This document shows, piece after piece, positions 9,980 to 20,030 of a stretch of 64,000 nt of DNA. A model generated the notes under the pieces. That model saw only the letters and a list, made by a program, of their open reading frames with translations. It was not told where the DNA came from and did no database searches. Every line of letters starts with the position of its first letter. The first letter of the stretch is position 1. The position numbers and the translations under genes were made by a program. The stretch spans positions 64,001 through 128,000 of the forward strand of contig CAVYNY010000001.1 of NCBI GenBank assembly GCA_963769935.1, in the 5' to 3' direction. The stretch comes from an uncultured delta proteobacterium (lineage in GTDB: Bacteria; Desulfobacterota; Desulfobacteria; Desulfobacterales; JAFDCJ01).

Positions 9980-10608
9980 CTCGTTCCTTCGTATTCTTCT
10001 AAAAATCGGTTAAAAAATTCCACCATAATTCGGTGGCGATCGACGGCTAATTTTTGACCTTCACGCGTCAGAATGCGATCCTTTATTTTACCGAGCTTGA
10101 CTTTAAATTCCCGATAGCCGGTGTCGTCGATTGAATAGGGTTCGGTCGCTTCAATATTCGTGTCACCGCTATGGAGCCGGGCTCCCACCTCTCCGGCAAA
10201 GAGAAAGGCACGCGCCACACCCACCGCCCCAATAGCATCGAGCTTGTCGGCATCGAACAATACCCTGGCTTCCGGAGTTCTGGGCCTGTGATGGCCCCGA
10301 TAGCGATGAGACCGAATGCAGTGCAGGACATTTGCTTTTTGGTCCGCCGTCAGGGCCAACTGCTCCAGGATGGCGCCTGCGAGGTGAGCGCCTTTTTCGG
10401 CGTGGCACACTGCTCCGTGGGATTCATCCTGGAAACTGCGGCCGATATCATGCAGGTAGGCCGCCACCAGCAGCACGTCCATATCCACCCCTTCGACACT
10501 GCCGATGCGTTCACACAATCGGCAGACCCTGAGGGTGTGCTCCCAGTTGTGACTGCCTCGGGCGCCCTGAAAGTATTTGCGGGCCATTTGTTCGACTGCG
10601 ATCAGCAT
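9976..10608 (-). CDS. HD-domain metal-dependent phosphohydrolase
   Basis: SHNWEHTLRV, AAYLHDIGR, SHRY, LFDADKLDAIGAVG. Confidence 0.85.
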   Translation of the reverse strand: MLIAVEQMARKYFQGARGSHNWEHTLRVCRLCERIGSVEGVDMDVLLVAAYLHDIGRSFQDESHGAVCHAEKGAHLAGAILEQLALTADQKANVLHCIRSHRYRGHHRPRTPEARVLFDADKLDAIGAVGVARAFLFAGEVGARLHSGDTNIEATEPYSIDDTGYREFKVKLGKIKDRILTREGQKLAVDRHRIMVEFFNRFLEEYEGTR

Positions 10609-11075
10609 GGTGAAAAGTTATAAAAGTTTTTCCAAAACCGGTGTCCAGGTACATACACTATTTCAATTCAGGCATGCAATAGACAATGTCATGATTGCTC
10701 AGCGGAAGGCCGCGCTTTGGTTACATCCCGCAGGGGCTGGGGAATTCAATCGCATGGGGATAAGAATGATGTAGGATTTCGTACAATCCAGGCCGATGCG
10801 AATCGCAGTCTTGTATAAATGCCTGCAATTCTTCACTTTGGAAATGCCGGCCCGCCATCGGCCCTTTGCCGGCCGGCGGTTGCCGGCAAATTCGCATGGC
10901 TCGGTCTTAACCCCTAAGCCAATGATTTCATAGCCACAATAATCAGTGATTGTCTTTTTTCAGACGGAGTGATAAAATTTTAACATGAGTATATTTCCAG
11001 GCGGATGGCGGATGAAAAGCTGGGACGCCTCAACTTTAAAAAAAACAGCCGGGTAATTAGGCTCGGTTAAATATC

Positions 11076-11990
11076 GTGACGCAACAAAATTATATCCGAG
11101 TTCGCAACTCACAGATCAATTATTATAAAAAGGTCGCCCTGTTCTACCAGACCGGCACCGACGTGTTCGGATTGTACAAACCGGCGGGCACCAAGCTTTC
11201 TGAAATGCGCCTCACCCAGGAAAGACATCCTCCCTTATACATCCAGGAGAAAGACCGCATCATCGCGATTAAAGAAATTCAAAAAAATTCAACAAACACA
11301 TTGCGGACAGCATTAAAACCGGCAATGCTTTCAAGGTTAAAGCAACCCTTTGCGACCTGGTTGAAGAAACCCTGGCAGAACCCCGCAGCGGAACGCTGCA
11401 GGCCTTGCCCCAAACGGTTGACTCCCTGATCGCAGGGTATTCAAAACATCCTGAGATCATAAAAACCTTTGCTTCCATTTCCTTTAAGGACTACACAACG
11501 GTTATACATTCCATAAATGTCATGGCCTAACCCTCGGATTTTGCTTTCACTCCAATTTTCCAACTCAAAAAACCAGAAAACTGGGCTTGAGTGCGCTGCT
11601 GCATGATGTCGGAAAAACCGAGATCCCATCGAAATTTTAAAGGCGCCCCGCAAACTGAGTGACGAGGAGTTCAAGCTGATGAAAACCCATCCGACCATCG
11701 GCCATGAAATCATCCGACTAAAAAATAAAATCGGCGGCGAGGTTGCCCTGGGAGCGTTGGAACATCATGAAAAACTGGACGGCAGCGGCTATCCCAAAGG
11801 AACCCGCAACATATCCTATGTCGGTCAGTTGCTGGGTATTATCGACTGTTATGAAGCTCTGACCAATGAGGACCGACCCTACCGCAGAGCCCGACAGCCC
11901 TTGGAAACATTGAAATTTCTCAAAGATGATGTGGAAGGTTCCAAATTCAACCGGGAAATTTTTGAAAAATTCTGCTACAGTTTAATTTAA
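11076..11990 (+). pseudogene. HD-GYP c-di-GMP phosphodiesterase with three frameshifts (pseudogene or sequencing error)
   Basis: Joining frames at about 11285, 11527 and 11627 gives KDYTTVIHSINVMA-LTLGF...LLHDVGKTEIP-IEILKAPRKLSDEEF...HHEKLDGSGYP. Confidence 0.8.
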
Positions 11991-11992
11991 CT

Positions 11993-13058
11993 ATGGTGCT
12001 GCGGGTAAAACGGAATCTGGTATATATCGCTTTCGTGCTTCTTGCGCTGGTTTTATGCGGCTGCGAAACCATGCAATACTACGGCCAGGCAATCCACGGC
12101 CAGTGCAGTATTCCTTTAAAGCGCAGAGCCGATATCGGAAATTATCGCGGATCCCAAATCGCCGGCATTCCTGCGGGAAAGGCTGGCGTTTATTCTGGCG
12201 GTGCGGCAATTTGCCGACAGCGAACTTCACCTTCCCGTAAAAGACAACTACCTCACCTATGTGGACCTGGAGCGGCCTTATGTCGTCTGGAACGTGTTTG
12301 CTGCACCGGAGTTCTCCCTGACGCCGAAAACATGGTGTTACCCTGTGGTGGGATGTGCTTCGTACCGCGGCTATTTCTCGGAACACAATGCACACCAATA
12401 CGCCGCCGGATTGACCGACAGGGGCTATGACGTATATGTGGGCGGCGTGACGGCTTATTCAACGCTGGGCTGGTTTGATGATCCGGTGTTAAGCACCTTC
12501 ATTCAGTATTCCAAGGCCCAATCGGCCGGGCTGATCTTTCACGAACTGGCCCACCAGATTCTTTATGTAAAAGATGATACCGTGTTTAATGAAAGTTTTG
12601 CTACGGCCGTAGAGCAGGAAGGGCTGCGAAGGTGGCAGAAGGCAGCGTCCGACCCGCAAATTTATCGGGAGTATTTAGCCGGGTACCAGCGCCAGGAACA
12701 ATTTGTGCATTTGATCGTACAATACCGTCAGCTGCTCGAAATCCTTTACCGGACCGACGCATCACCATCGGTTAAAAGAGATAAGAAAGCATCCATTTTC
12801 TCGCAGCTTCGCAACGAGTTTGATCGGATGCAGACAAACGAAAAGGGCTTATCCGTCTATGCCGATTGGATCCAGCAAGATTTAAACAATGCTAAAATCG
12901 GCAGCGTGGCTGCCTACCATGATTTAGTGCCGGCATTTCAAAAAATGCTGGCGCAAGACGACGGGGATCTCAAACATTTTTATCAGGCCTGCCGTGAGTT
13001 GGGGCAAAAAAAGAAAGAGGAAAGAGATCGCATTTTAAACGCCTATTTACCTGAGTAA
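11993..13058 (+). CDS. Predicted zinc aminopeptidase lipoprotein; one frameshift near 12125
   Basis: Lipobox LVLCGC in 11993..12430. Another frame continues PISEIIADP...RQFA, WCYPVVGCASYRGYF, AYSTLGWFDDP, FHELAHQ (HExxH), FNESFA. Confidence 0.78.
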
Positions 13059-13190
13059 CCGTCCCGGGTATTCAACCTTGACAGGGAAGTGCGATTTTTT
13101 TAATATTTTATTGCGAGGCATCAATCCGCTATTCAAAGGCACCAGGATTTCGTTGGAGGCGGAGCCCGCGGTTTTTGAGGTTCAATTTCC

Positions 13191-15029
13191 ATGTATGAAA
13201 ACTTTTTCGGGTTCAAAGAGAAACCCTTTAAACTGGTCCCAAATCCGGATTATCTTTTCCTGAGCAAAAGCCATGAGGAAGCTCTGGCCCACCTGAACTA
13301 CGCGCTTTCCCAGGGTGATGGTTTTGTGGAGATTACCGGAGAAGTAGGAACAGGCAAAACCACGCTTTGCCGTGCTTTTCTTGAAAATCTGGATGACAGC
13401 ACCATCGCGGCTTACATTTTCAACCCCACCCTGGGCCCTAAACAGCTTATTAGAACCATCTGTGATGAACTGGCAATTCAAAGCAAACCCGAGAATACCA
13501 AAGATTTAATTGACAGTCTGAATAATTTTCTCATGCGCCAGAAGACGCAGCGCAACAAGGTAATTCTGCTCATCGACGAGGCTCAAAATCTGAGCAAAAA
13601 TGTGCTGGAGCAGCTGAGGTTGCTGTCGAATCTGGAAACCAACAAAGAAAAACTGCTGCAGATTATTCTGGTCGGGCAGCCGGAGCTCGGCGATATCCTG
13701 GATTCCCATGAGCTCAGACAGCTCGGGCAGCGAATTACTCTGCGGTACCGGCTAAGCCCCCTAACCTCCAGGGAAACGGCTGACTATATTCAATATCGCA
13801 TTAACAAAGCCTCCCAGAAATCGGGAATTAAATTCGATCGACCTGCATTTCGACGGATATATCGATACTCGCGGGGAATTCCACGCGTCATTAACATAGC
13901 CTGCGATCGGGTGTTGCTGACGGCTTTCGGCCTCAGCAAACAAAAAATTACCGGAAGCATCGCGCGGGATGCCATCCGGGAATTAAAAAGCCGGGGGGCC
14001 GCCAGGCGGTACGAACTTGTCGACTGGAAAAAAATCCTCAGCATCGGCGCGGCAGCGGGGGTCGTGTTGGCCGCTGCTGTTTTCCACCAGCCGCTGATTC
14101 AGGGAATCAGCTCTTTACTGCAACCTGCCGCATACCGGAATTCCGAGGCATCAATTGTCAAAGTTCCCGAACCTGCCCCTGGCGAAGATTTCCGTGCAAG
14201 CGTGTCCGCTAACCGGGATACAACCTTGAATATAAACCCCGCTCCTGCCGAATCCATGGATACCGGTCTGAGCGCTGCCCAGGAAAACGAGTCGGATAAT
14301 TCCGCGCCGGCAGCTGCAGTCGATCCCGCCGCCCGGCCGGAAACACGGGATGAAGAATCGGTTTCCACTCCGCCTGAAGCCATGAAATTGGCGGACTTTC
14401 TGACGGCCATGGACATTCGATCTTCCCGTTTCAATGCCCTTAGGTATGCCATGGAATTATGGCAGACACCTATTGAAGATCAGCCCTATCTGAACAGTCT
14501 GGATGACGATCAGTCATTTTTCCGGCTGACGACCAAGTCCAAGGGAGTCTCCATCCAGCGGCTTGAAACAAACCTTGATATGCTGAAACGTTTGAATCTG
14601 CCTGCGATTCTGGAGCTTTTCCCAACGGGCAGCGAAGAGCCCGGCTACCTGACCCTCAGCCAAATTAAAGACGATTTGTATATCTTCGGCAGCCCCGACG
14701 GCTCTGCGCCTGTCGTATCCGGTCCCGCTGAGATCAATTTGTACTGGTCCGGAATCGCTTATGTGCCTTGGAAAAACTATCTTTCCATCTGGGGCATCAT
14801 ACCGCGGAATAGTACCAAGGATTCCATCATTACCCTGAAACTTCTTTTGCACGAACTGGGCTATGGCGGCGTGGCCTTAAATGATGAATACGACCAACCG
14901 ACCCGCTTGGCAATCGAAGAAATCCAGGCTAAATACGGCGTGCCCGTCGATGGTTTCGTGGGCCCCCTGACAAAAATGATACTGTATCAGGAGAAAAAAG
15001 CTTTTGAGATGCCGCATCTGATCCGCTAA
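13191..15029 (+). CDS. exeA: ExeA/GspA-family AAA ATPase with C-terminal peptidoglycan-binding domain
   Basis: MYENFFGFKEKPF, GEVGTGKT, LIDEAQNL, ILVGQPEL, GIPRVIN; TM helix; IQAKYGVPVDGFVGPLT. Confidence 0.88.
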   Translation: MYENFFGFKEKPFKLVPNPDYLFLSKSHEEALAHLNYALSQGDGFVEITGEVGTGKTTLCRAFLENLDDSTIAAYIFNPTLGPKQLIRTICDELAIQSKPENTKDLIDSLNNFLMRQKTQRNKVILLIDEAQNLSKNVLEQLRLLSNLETNKEKLLQIILVGQPELGDILDSHELRQLGQRITLRYRLSPLTSRETADYIQYRINKASQKSGIKFDRPAFRRIYRYSRGIPRVINIACDRVLLTAFGLSKQKITGSIARDAIRELKSRGAARRYELVDWKKILSIGAAAGVVLAAAVFHQPLIQGISSLLQPAAYRNSEASIVKVPEPAPGEDFRASVSANRDTTLNINPAPAESMDTGLSAAQENESDNSAPAAAVDPAARPETRDEESVSTPPEAMKLADFLTAMDIRSSRFNALRYAMELWQTPIEDQPYLNSLDDDQSFFRLTTKSKGVSIQRLETNLDMLKRLNLPAILELFPTGSEEPGYLTLSQIKDDLYIFGSPDGSAPVVSGPAEINLYWSGIAYVPWKNYLSIWGIIPRNSTKDSIITLKLLLHELGYGGVALNDEYDQPTRLAIEEIQAKYGVPVDGFVGPLTKMILYQEKKAFEMPHLIR

Positions 15030-15083
15030 CCATTCGGGCCAAGGGCGACCATCCGCATGTTCTTAGCCTTTTAAAATTAAGTT

Positions 15084-15197
15084 AGCCACGAATTGAAACG
15101 AATAACCAACGAATAACCACGAATTATGGCAATCGGCGAAAGCAGGGTCATTTAACGCAAAATTTAATTTCGATAAAATTCGTGTTAATTCGTGGCT
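15084..15197. repeat. Intergenic inverted-repeat element (CACGAA units)
   Basis: Perfect 11-bp terminal inverted repeat AGCCACGAATT / AATTCGTGGCT with internal ACGAAT units. Confidence 0.7.
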
Positions 15198-15254
15198 TCT
15201 CTCAAAAAGCTAAATTGTTACGACCATCCGAAATCGCCTCAAAGGATTACAAAA

Positions 15255-16130
15255 TTGAGCTCCATCCTAAAAGCCCTGAAAAAAATAGAGGAGGAATCAC
15301 CGCCTCCGGAAGCATTTCCATCACTGCCGCAACCCATTGATTCAAGAAAGGTCATCAATTCAAAAACCATAAAAAGACGCCGCCTTCGCAGAACTTTAAC
15401 TGTTTTAATCCTCCTGGCGGTGTTGGTGGCTGCGGCCGGCATTTTATTCAGCCAGCGCCGCCTGATTATCGCAAAAATATTGCCGACCGCCGCCCCGACC
15501 AATAGAAGCGCCGGGACGGCCGAAACTCCCCCGGCGAATAAGATTTATAAAGCTAAAATCACTGCCGCCCCTGGAAAATCCGCCCAAATGCGGCCGGCAG
15601 AAAGCCGACAACCGAAAAACCAAACGAAATCGTCAAAAACCCGCAGCCTTGCGAATAAATCTCAGGCCGCTCAATCATCTTTTCCGACGGGCACCGCTGC
15701 CGGTCAACGTGAGTCAAAATCGTCACCTCTCAGACCGTTGTCCCCTCCCGGACCGGAGGAAAAGACGCAGTTTGATGCGAAAGCCGAAAAACCGCTGAAG
15801 AAGACGCCTGCTTTAATGCGCGCCCAGCCGGCTGAAAAATCGGTCACCCGCCAGCCCAATCTCCCGATTGAGCCTGCCGCGGCAGTGCCTATCAAACCGG
15901 CCCGCCCACCGGCCAAGGTCGCCTATGATCGAATCGCAGATTCCAAATTGAAGCTTCAGGCGCTGGCGTGGTCTGCTGAGGATGCCCGTCGGATGGCCGT
16001 GATCAACGGTCGAATTGTGCGGGAAGGAGAATCGGTGGATGGCTACCAGGTAATGCAGATCCGCGAGGAAGATGTGGTGGTTAACGACGGCGGAAAATCA
16101 TGGCGCTTGGAGTTCGGGATGCAGCGCTGA
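15255..16130 (+). CDS. exeB: ExeB/GspB-family protein
   Basis: Family-typical N-terminus (M)SSILKALKK from TTG 15255, TM helix, Pro/Ala/Lys linker, C-terminal RMAVINGRIVREGE. Follows exeA. Confidence 0.8.
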   Translation: MSSILKALKKIEEESPPPEAFPSLPQPIDSRKVINSKTIKRRRLRRTLTVLILLAVLVAAAGILFSQRRLIIAKILPTAAPTNRSAGTAETPPANKIYKAKITAAPGKSAQMRPAESRQPKNQTKSSKTRSLANKSQAAQSSFPTGTAAGQRESKSSPLRPLSPPGPEEKTQFDAKAEKPLKKTPALMRAQPAEKSVTRQPNLPIEPAAAVPIKPARPPAKVAYDRIADSKLKLQALAWSAEDARRMAVINGRIVREGESVDGYQVMQIREEDVVVNDGGKSWRLEFGMQR

Positions 16131-16222
16131 ACACATCGGAATTCATAAAAAAATTTTCCTGAATCACATTATATTTCAGAAAGTTATAAACCACTGCCGA
16201 CTGGTTTAACGCGTGAACGACA

Positions 16223-16251
16223 TTGACACTGGAGCCGTTTTTTTCTATAAT
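16223..16251 (+). promoter_or_regulatory. Consensus sigma70 promoter
   Basis: TTGACA (16223-16228), 17 bp, TATAAT (16246-16251). Confidence 0.85.
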
Positions 16252-16309
16252 TTTATTAAAACATCACGGCCTTTGATATTTAGGGTAAACGGATTAAAAA
16301 ATAAAAAAT

Positions 16310-16351
16310 CGAACCGGGTCGTCTTGGAATCGGGTGGTCCGGTTTTTTTTT
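16310..16351 (+). terminator. Terminator-like hairpin in the 5' leader of the kinase gene
   Basis: AACCGGGTC...GGTCCGGTT followed by a T run; the stem includes G-U pairs. Confidence 0.5.
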
Positions 16352-16387
16352 GCCCAACTCAAGCTCGGACACTATTAAGACTCTAAT

Positions 16388-18916
16388 ATGCTGCGTGGAA
16401 AACTGCCTTTTTCAACTCTGGTACTGGTTGCCATAACCGTTGCGTTTATTGCGGGCCATATCCTCTTTGATGTGGATTTGCTGCAGCCTTTGGAATACAG
16501 GGTGTACGATTGGATGAGCCGCCTGCGCCAGCGCAAGGCCGGCGACCAGGTTATCGTCCTGGCGATAGACGACCAAAGCATCCAACAGCTCGGCGGCTGG
16601 CCCTGGCCCCGCTCCTACATCGCAGAAATGGTTCGCCTGCTCTCAGACAGTGGCGCTCACACGATTGGCCTTTCACTTTTGTATCCCAGCCGCGAGTTAA
16701 ATCCCGGTCTGCAGGAAATTGAAAATATTAAAGCAACACTGAATGATTTACCGTCAAAGTCCGACCGCAAATCACTGAGCAAAATTACCGGCATGCTGGC
16801 GGAAGCCGAAGAAAAGCTAAACCATGATAATCAGCTGATATCAGCCATCCGCAGTGCGCGCAATGTCGTCCTGCCGCTGTGGTTTACCCTCGGCGGTTTG
16901 GCGGATGACAAATCTGAACGGCTGTCGGGTTGGCTGAAAATGAATTCCATTGAATTAAACGACACTGCGGATAATAAGGATCGCCTGCTTGCGGCCGATA
17001 GCGGTTTTCGCGGCATTTTAAATAATCACCGGATAACCGCCAGCCGGATTACGGAACCATACGATGATTTGTCCACCAAAGCCGGTGCCCTGGGACACAT
17101 CAACCTGATCAGCGACCAAGACGGCATCGTTCGCAAAATGCCGCTGTTGATTTCCTATCAGGACAGGGAATTCGTATCCTTTGCTTTCCAGGTAGCCAGA
17201 AAATATGCGGGCGGCCGCTTGAGCGATACAAAGGTGGAACCGACCCGACTCGTCTTAAGGCACCTGCAGATTCCCACAGAGAATAACCACCGGATGTTAA
17301 TCGATTACGGAGGACAAAATTCCAATATTAAACAGTTTTCATTTGCGGATGTCCTCAAAGGCAAAATAAATCCGGATGAATTCCGTAAAAAAGTCGTCCT
17401 GTTAGGGGTTACGGCCGGGGGGGTGTCCCAACAGTACCACACGCCTCTCCTATCCGACGTTCCGGGCCTGACCATCGAAGCCAATGTCGTGGAAAATATC
17501 ATCAACGGCAAATTTATCGCGCGTCCTGCCTGGGTCTTTTTCCTGGAGATTCTGGCGTTATTGTATTTCAGCATTTTTCTAATTTTCGTCATCCCGAAAG
17601 TTTCACCCCGGATCGCAATGCTGATTTTAGGGATCTTTTTGCTGACCTGGGTCGGAGCCGGTATAATTTTGTTTGTCGCCAATGGTACCTGGCTGAAAAT
17701 TCTCGCACCTGTATTTCTATCGATCATTGGTTTTGCCCTTACCAGCCGCCAACGCAACATCGCCGAAAAGCAGGATGAAAATGTGGAGCTCAACAAGAGC
17801 CTGGGCTTGGCCTTGCAAGGCCAAGGTATGCTGGACATGGCTTTTGAGAAGTTTTTAAAGTGTCCGATCGAAGATAAAGCCGTGCAGAACCTGTTGTACA
17901 ATCTCGGCTTGGATTTTGAACGCAAACGAATGACCAACAAGGCGCTTTCCGTCTATCGCCACATTTTGAAGGCTGATAACTTCAAAGACGTCAAGGAGCG
18001 CATAAAGAAGCTCATTTCGCTGGAAAATACGCTGTCGATGTCCGGGGCAGCCGCCAAAAAAGAAACCACCTTTTTATTGCAAAACGGCACCACCAAGCCC
18101 ACCCTCGGGCGGTACGAGATCCTGGAGGAACTGGGGCAGGGAGCCATGGGCACGGTTTACCTCGGCCGGGATCCGAACATCAATCGCGAGGTCGCCATCA
18201 AGACCGTCAACTACGCGGAAATTGCCGTCGATGAATTAAACGATGTCAAAGCACGGTTTTTTCGGGAAGCTGAAGCGGCCGGCAAGCTTTCCCATCCAAA
18301 CATCGTAACGATCTATGATATGGGTGAGGACCACGACATGGCCTACATTGCCATGGAACTGCTAAAGGGCAAAGAACTGACCCACTATTCTCAGAAAGCG
18401 AATCTGCTGCCGTTAAAAAGGGTTATTAAAATAGTCGGTGCGGTAGCCGACGCCCTGGGATATGCACACAGCCAAGAGGTGGTGCACCGCGACATCAAAC
18501 CGGCTAATATAATTCTGTTGGACGACGATCTGGTCAAAGTTGCCGATTTCGGCATCGCGCGGGTCATGTCTTCATCCAAAACGCAGACAGGCGTCATATT
18601 CGGCACACCCAATTATATGTCCCCGGAACAGATTGCAGGCAAAAAAGTGGATGGCCGATCGGATCTTTTTTCGCTCGGGGTGGTTTTTTACGAACTGCTT
18701 ACCGGTGAAAAACCATTTAAAGGGGATAGCATGACGGCCCTGCTGTACGCCGTATCCAATACAGAGTATGTCCCGCTGTCTGAAACCGCTCCCAAAACCC
18801 CCCCCTGCTGCACCGAAATTGTCGAGCGGCTGCTCTCCAAAGGCGTCTCCAAACGTTATCAGACGGCTTCCCAGGTGATCAAAGAGGTCCAGTTGTGCCT
18901 GGAGACCTTGAATTAA
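16388..18916 (+). CDS. CHASE2-domain membrane Ser/Thr protein kinase (Hanks type)
   Basis: IDDQSIQQLGGWPWPRS, DQDGIVR; 3 TM helices; LGQGAMGTVY, VAIK, HRDIKPAN, DFG, GTPNYMSPEQ. Confidence 0.92.
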   Translation: MLRGKLPFSTLVLVAITVAFIAGHILFDVDLLQPLEYRVYDWMSRLRQRKAGDQVIVLAIDDQSIQQLGGWPWPRSYIAEMVRLLSDSGAHTIGLSLLYPSRELNPGLQEIENIKATLNDLPSKSDRKSLSKITGMLAEAEEKLNHDNQLISAIRSARNVVLPLWFTLGGLADDKSERLSGWLKMNSIELNDTADNKDRLLAADSGFRGILNNHRITASRITEPYDDLSTKAGALGHINLISDQDGIVRKMPLLISYQDREFVSFAFQVARKYAGGRLSDTKVEPTRLVLRHLQIPTENNHRMLIDYGGQNSNIKQFSFADVLKGKINPDEFRKKVVLLGVTAGGVSQQYHTPLLSDVPGLTIEANVVENIINGKFIARPAWVFFLEILALLYFSIFLIFVIPKVSPRIAMLILGIFLLTWVGAGIILFVANGTWLKILAPVFLSIIGFALTSRQRNIAEKQDENVELNKSLGLALQGQGMLDMAFEKFLKCPIEDKAVQNLLYNLGLDFERKRMTNKALSVYRHILKADNFKDVKERIKKLISLENTLSMSGAAAKKETTFLLQNGTTKPTLGRYEILEELGQGAMGTVYLGRDPNINREVAIKTVNYAEIAVDELNDVKARFFREAEAAGKLSHPNIVTIYDMGEDHDMAYIAMELLKGKELTHYSQKANLLPLKRVIKIVGAVADALGYAHSQEVVHRDIKPANIILLDDDLVKVADFGIARVMSSSKTQTGVIFGTPNYMSPEQIAGKKVDGRSDLFSLGVVFYELLTGEKPFKGDSMTALLYAVSNTEYVPLSETAPKTPPCCTEIVERLLSKGVSKRYQTASQVIKEVQLCLETLN

Positions 18917-19057
18917 AAAAGAGGTAAAGATCCGCGCGGAATGTACCGATAGTAATTTTTAAAGCGACCGGCCGAGCCAACCGCAAGATCAAACCACCGG
19001 CAAATAATTCAACACCTGGAAAATTTCTATAACTGGATAAAAATCAATGGAGGGACC

Positions 19058-19399
19058 ATGCTCAAAATTTTAGTGAAATTAAAAGACAAGGAGCTCAAAA
19101 CCTTGGAAACAGATAAAACGGAAATTACCATTGGGCGTAATGAAAACAGTGATATTCCCATCAATAACCTGGGGGCCTCGAAAAAGCATGCCAGGATTTT
19201 CCAGCGCAACGGGGAGTATATTCTTGAGGATCTAAAAAGCACCAACGGCACCCTCCTGAATAACAAAGGCATTATCACCGCCAAGTTAACCGGCAATGAT
19301 GTCGTAACTATTGGTAAACATCAGCTTTTTATAACCATAGAGGATGGCAGAGATGCCACCACAGCCTTTGCCGAGAAGACCATCAAAATTTCATTCTGA
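19058..19399 (+). CDS. FHA-domain protein
   Basis: ITIGRNENSDI, SKKHARI, EDLKSTNGT; GGAGG RBS. Confidence 0.9.
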   Translation: MLKILVKLKDKELKTLETDKTEITIGRNENSDIPINNLGASKKHARIFQRNGEYILEDLKSTNGTLLNNKGIITAKLTGNDVVTIGKHQLFITIEDGRDATTAFAEKTIKISF

Positions 19400-19515
19400 A
19401 AATTTGTAATTATCCGTCGATACGTTCTCAAGAAAAAATATTCGATGTTACTAGAAATACTTTCGTATAATAAGTTCATACTAGTGCGGAAGGAGGATTG
19501 GCCGTGGGCGTGAGA

Positions 19516-20022
19516 ATGTATCCGATCGAAATCGATGAGAAAATGTGGCATTTCCTGCAGCAAAATGCCGAACCGTTTGTGGATACACCCAATTCGGTGC
19601 TGAACCGGATTTTGTTCGGAGCGGACGGAAAAAAAGACGATGCGGCCGCTCTGTATACGATTCCTTCGGTTAACATCGAGGGATTGCCCAAATCCCTCTC
19701 ACAAATTTTGGAAGTCGTTTATGAAATGGAGGTCAACGGCTACAGCCGCATCGAGGCCACCAACCGCGTGGCAAAAAAGCGCGGCACGGCCCCGCAAACC
19801 ATTACCGATAAATATTGCCGCCAGCTGGGTAAAAGAGCCCACGAGATCGATGAATTATTGACGGAGCCGGGTTACCACAGTTTTAAAGATCTTCTGACCA
19901 GCAAATTTTCCGGCCATAGCGGTCTCGTCGACATGTATTTTGACAGCATGCTGTCGGATGCCGATGATGCGGAATTTGTCGCGCCGCAAATCCAGGAGTT
20001 CGAGCCGGCATCCGATGAATAG
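19516..20022 (+). CDS. Hypothetical protein with a SeqA-N-like (ribbon-helix-helix-type) N-terminus
   Basis: MYPIEIDEKMWHFLQQNAEPFVDTPNSVLNRIL resembles the SeqA N-terminal pattern (IEVDxExY...SxxLRRML). Start uncertain (19498-19516). Confidence 0.55.
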   Translation: MYPIEIDEKMWHFLQQNAEPFVDTPNSVLNRILFGADGKKDDAAALYTIPSVNIEGLPKSLSQILEVVYEMEVNGYSRIEATNRVAKKRGTAPQTITDKYCRQLGKRAHEIDELLTEPGYHSFKDLLTSKFSGHSGLVDMYFDSMLSDADDAEFVAPQIQEFEPASDE

Positions 20023-20030
20023 CATAAACT

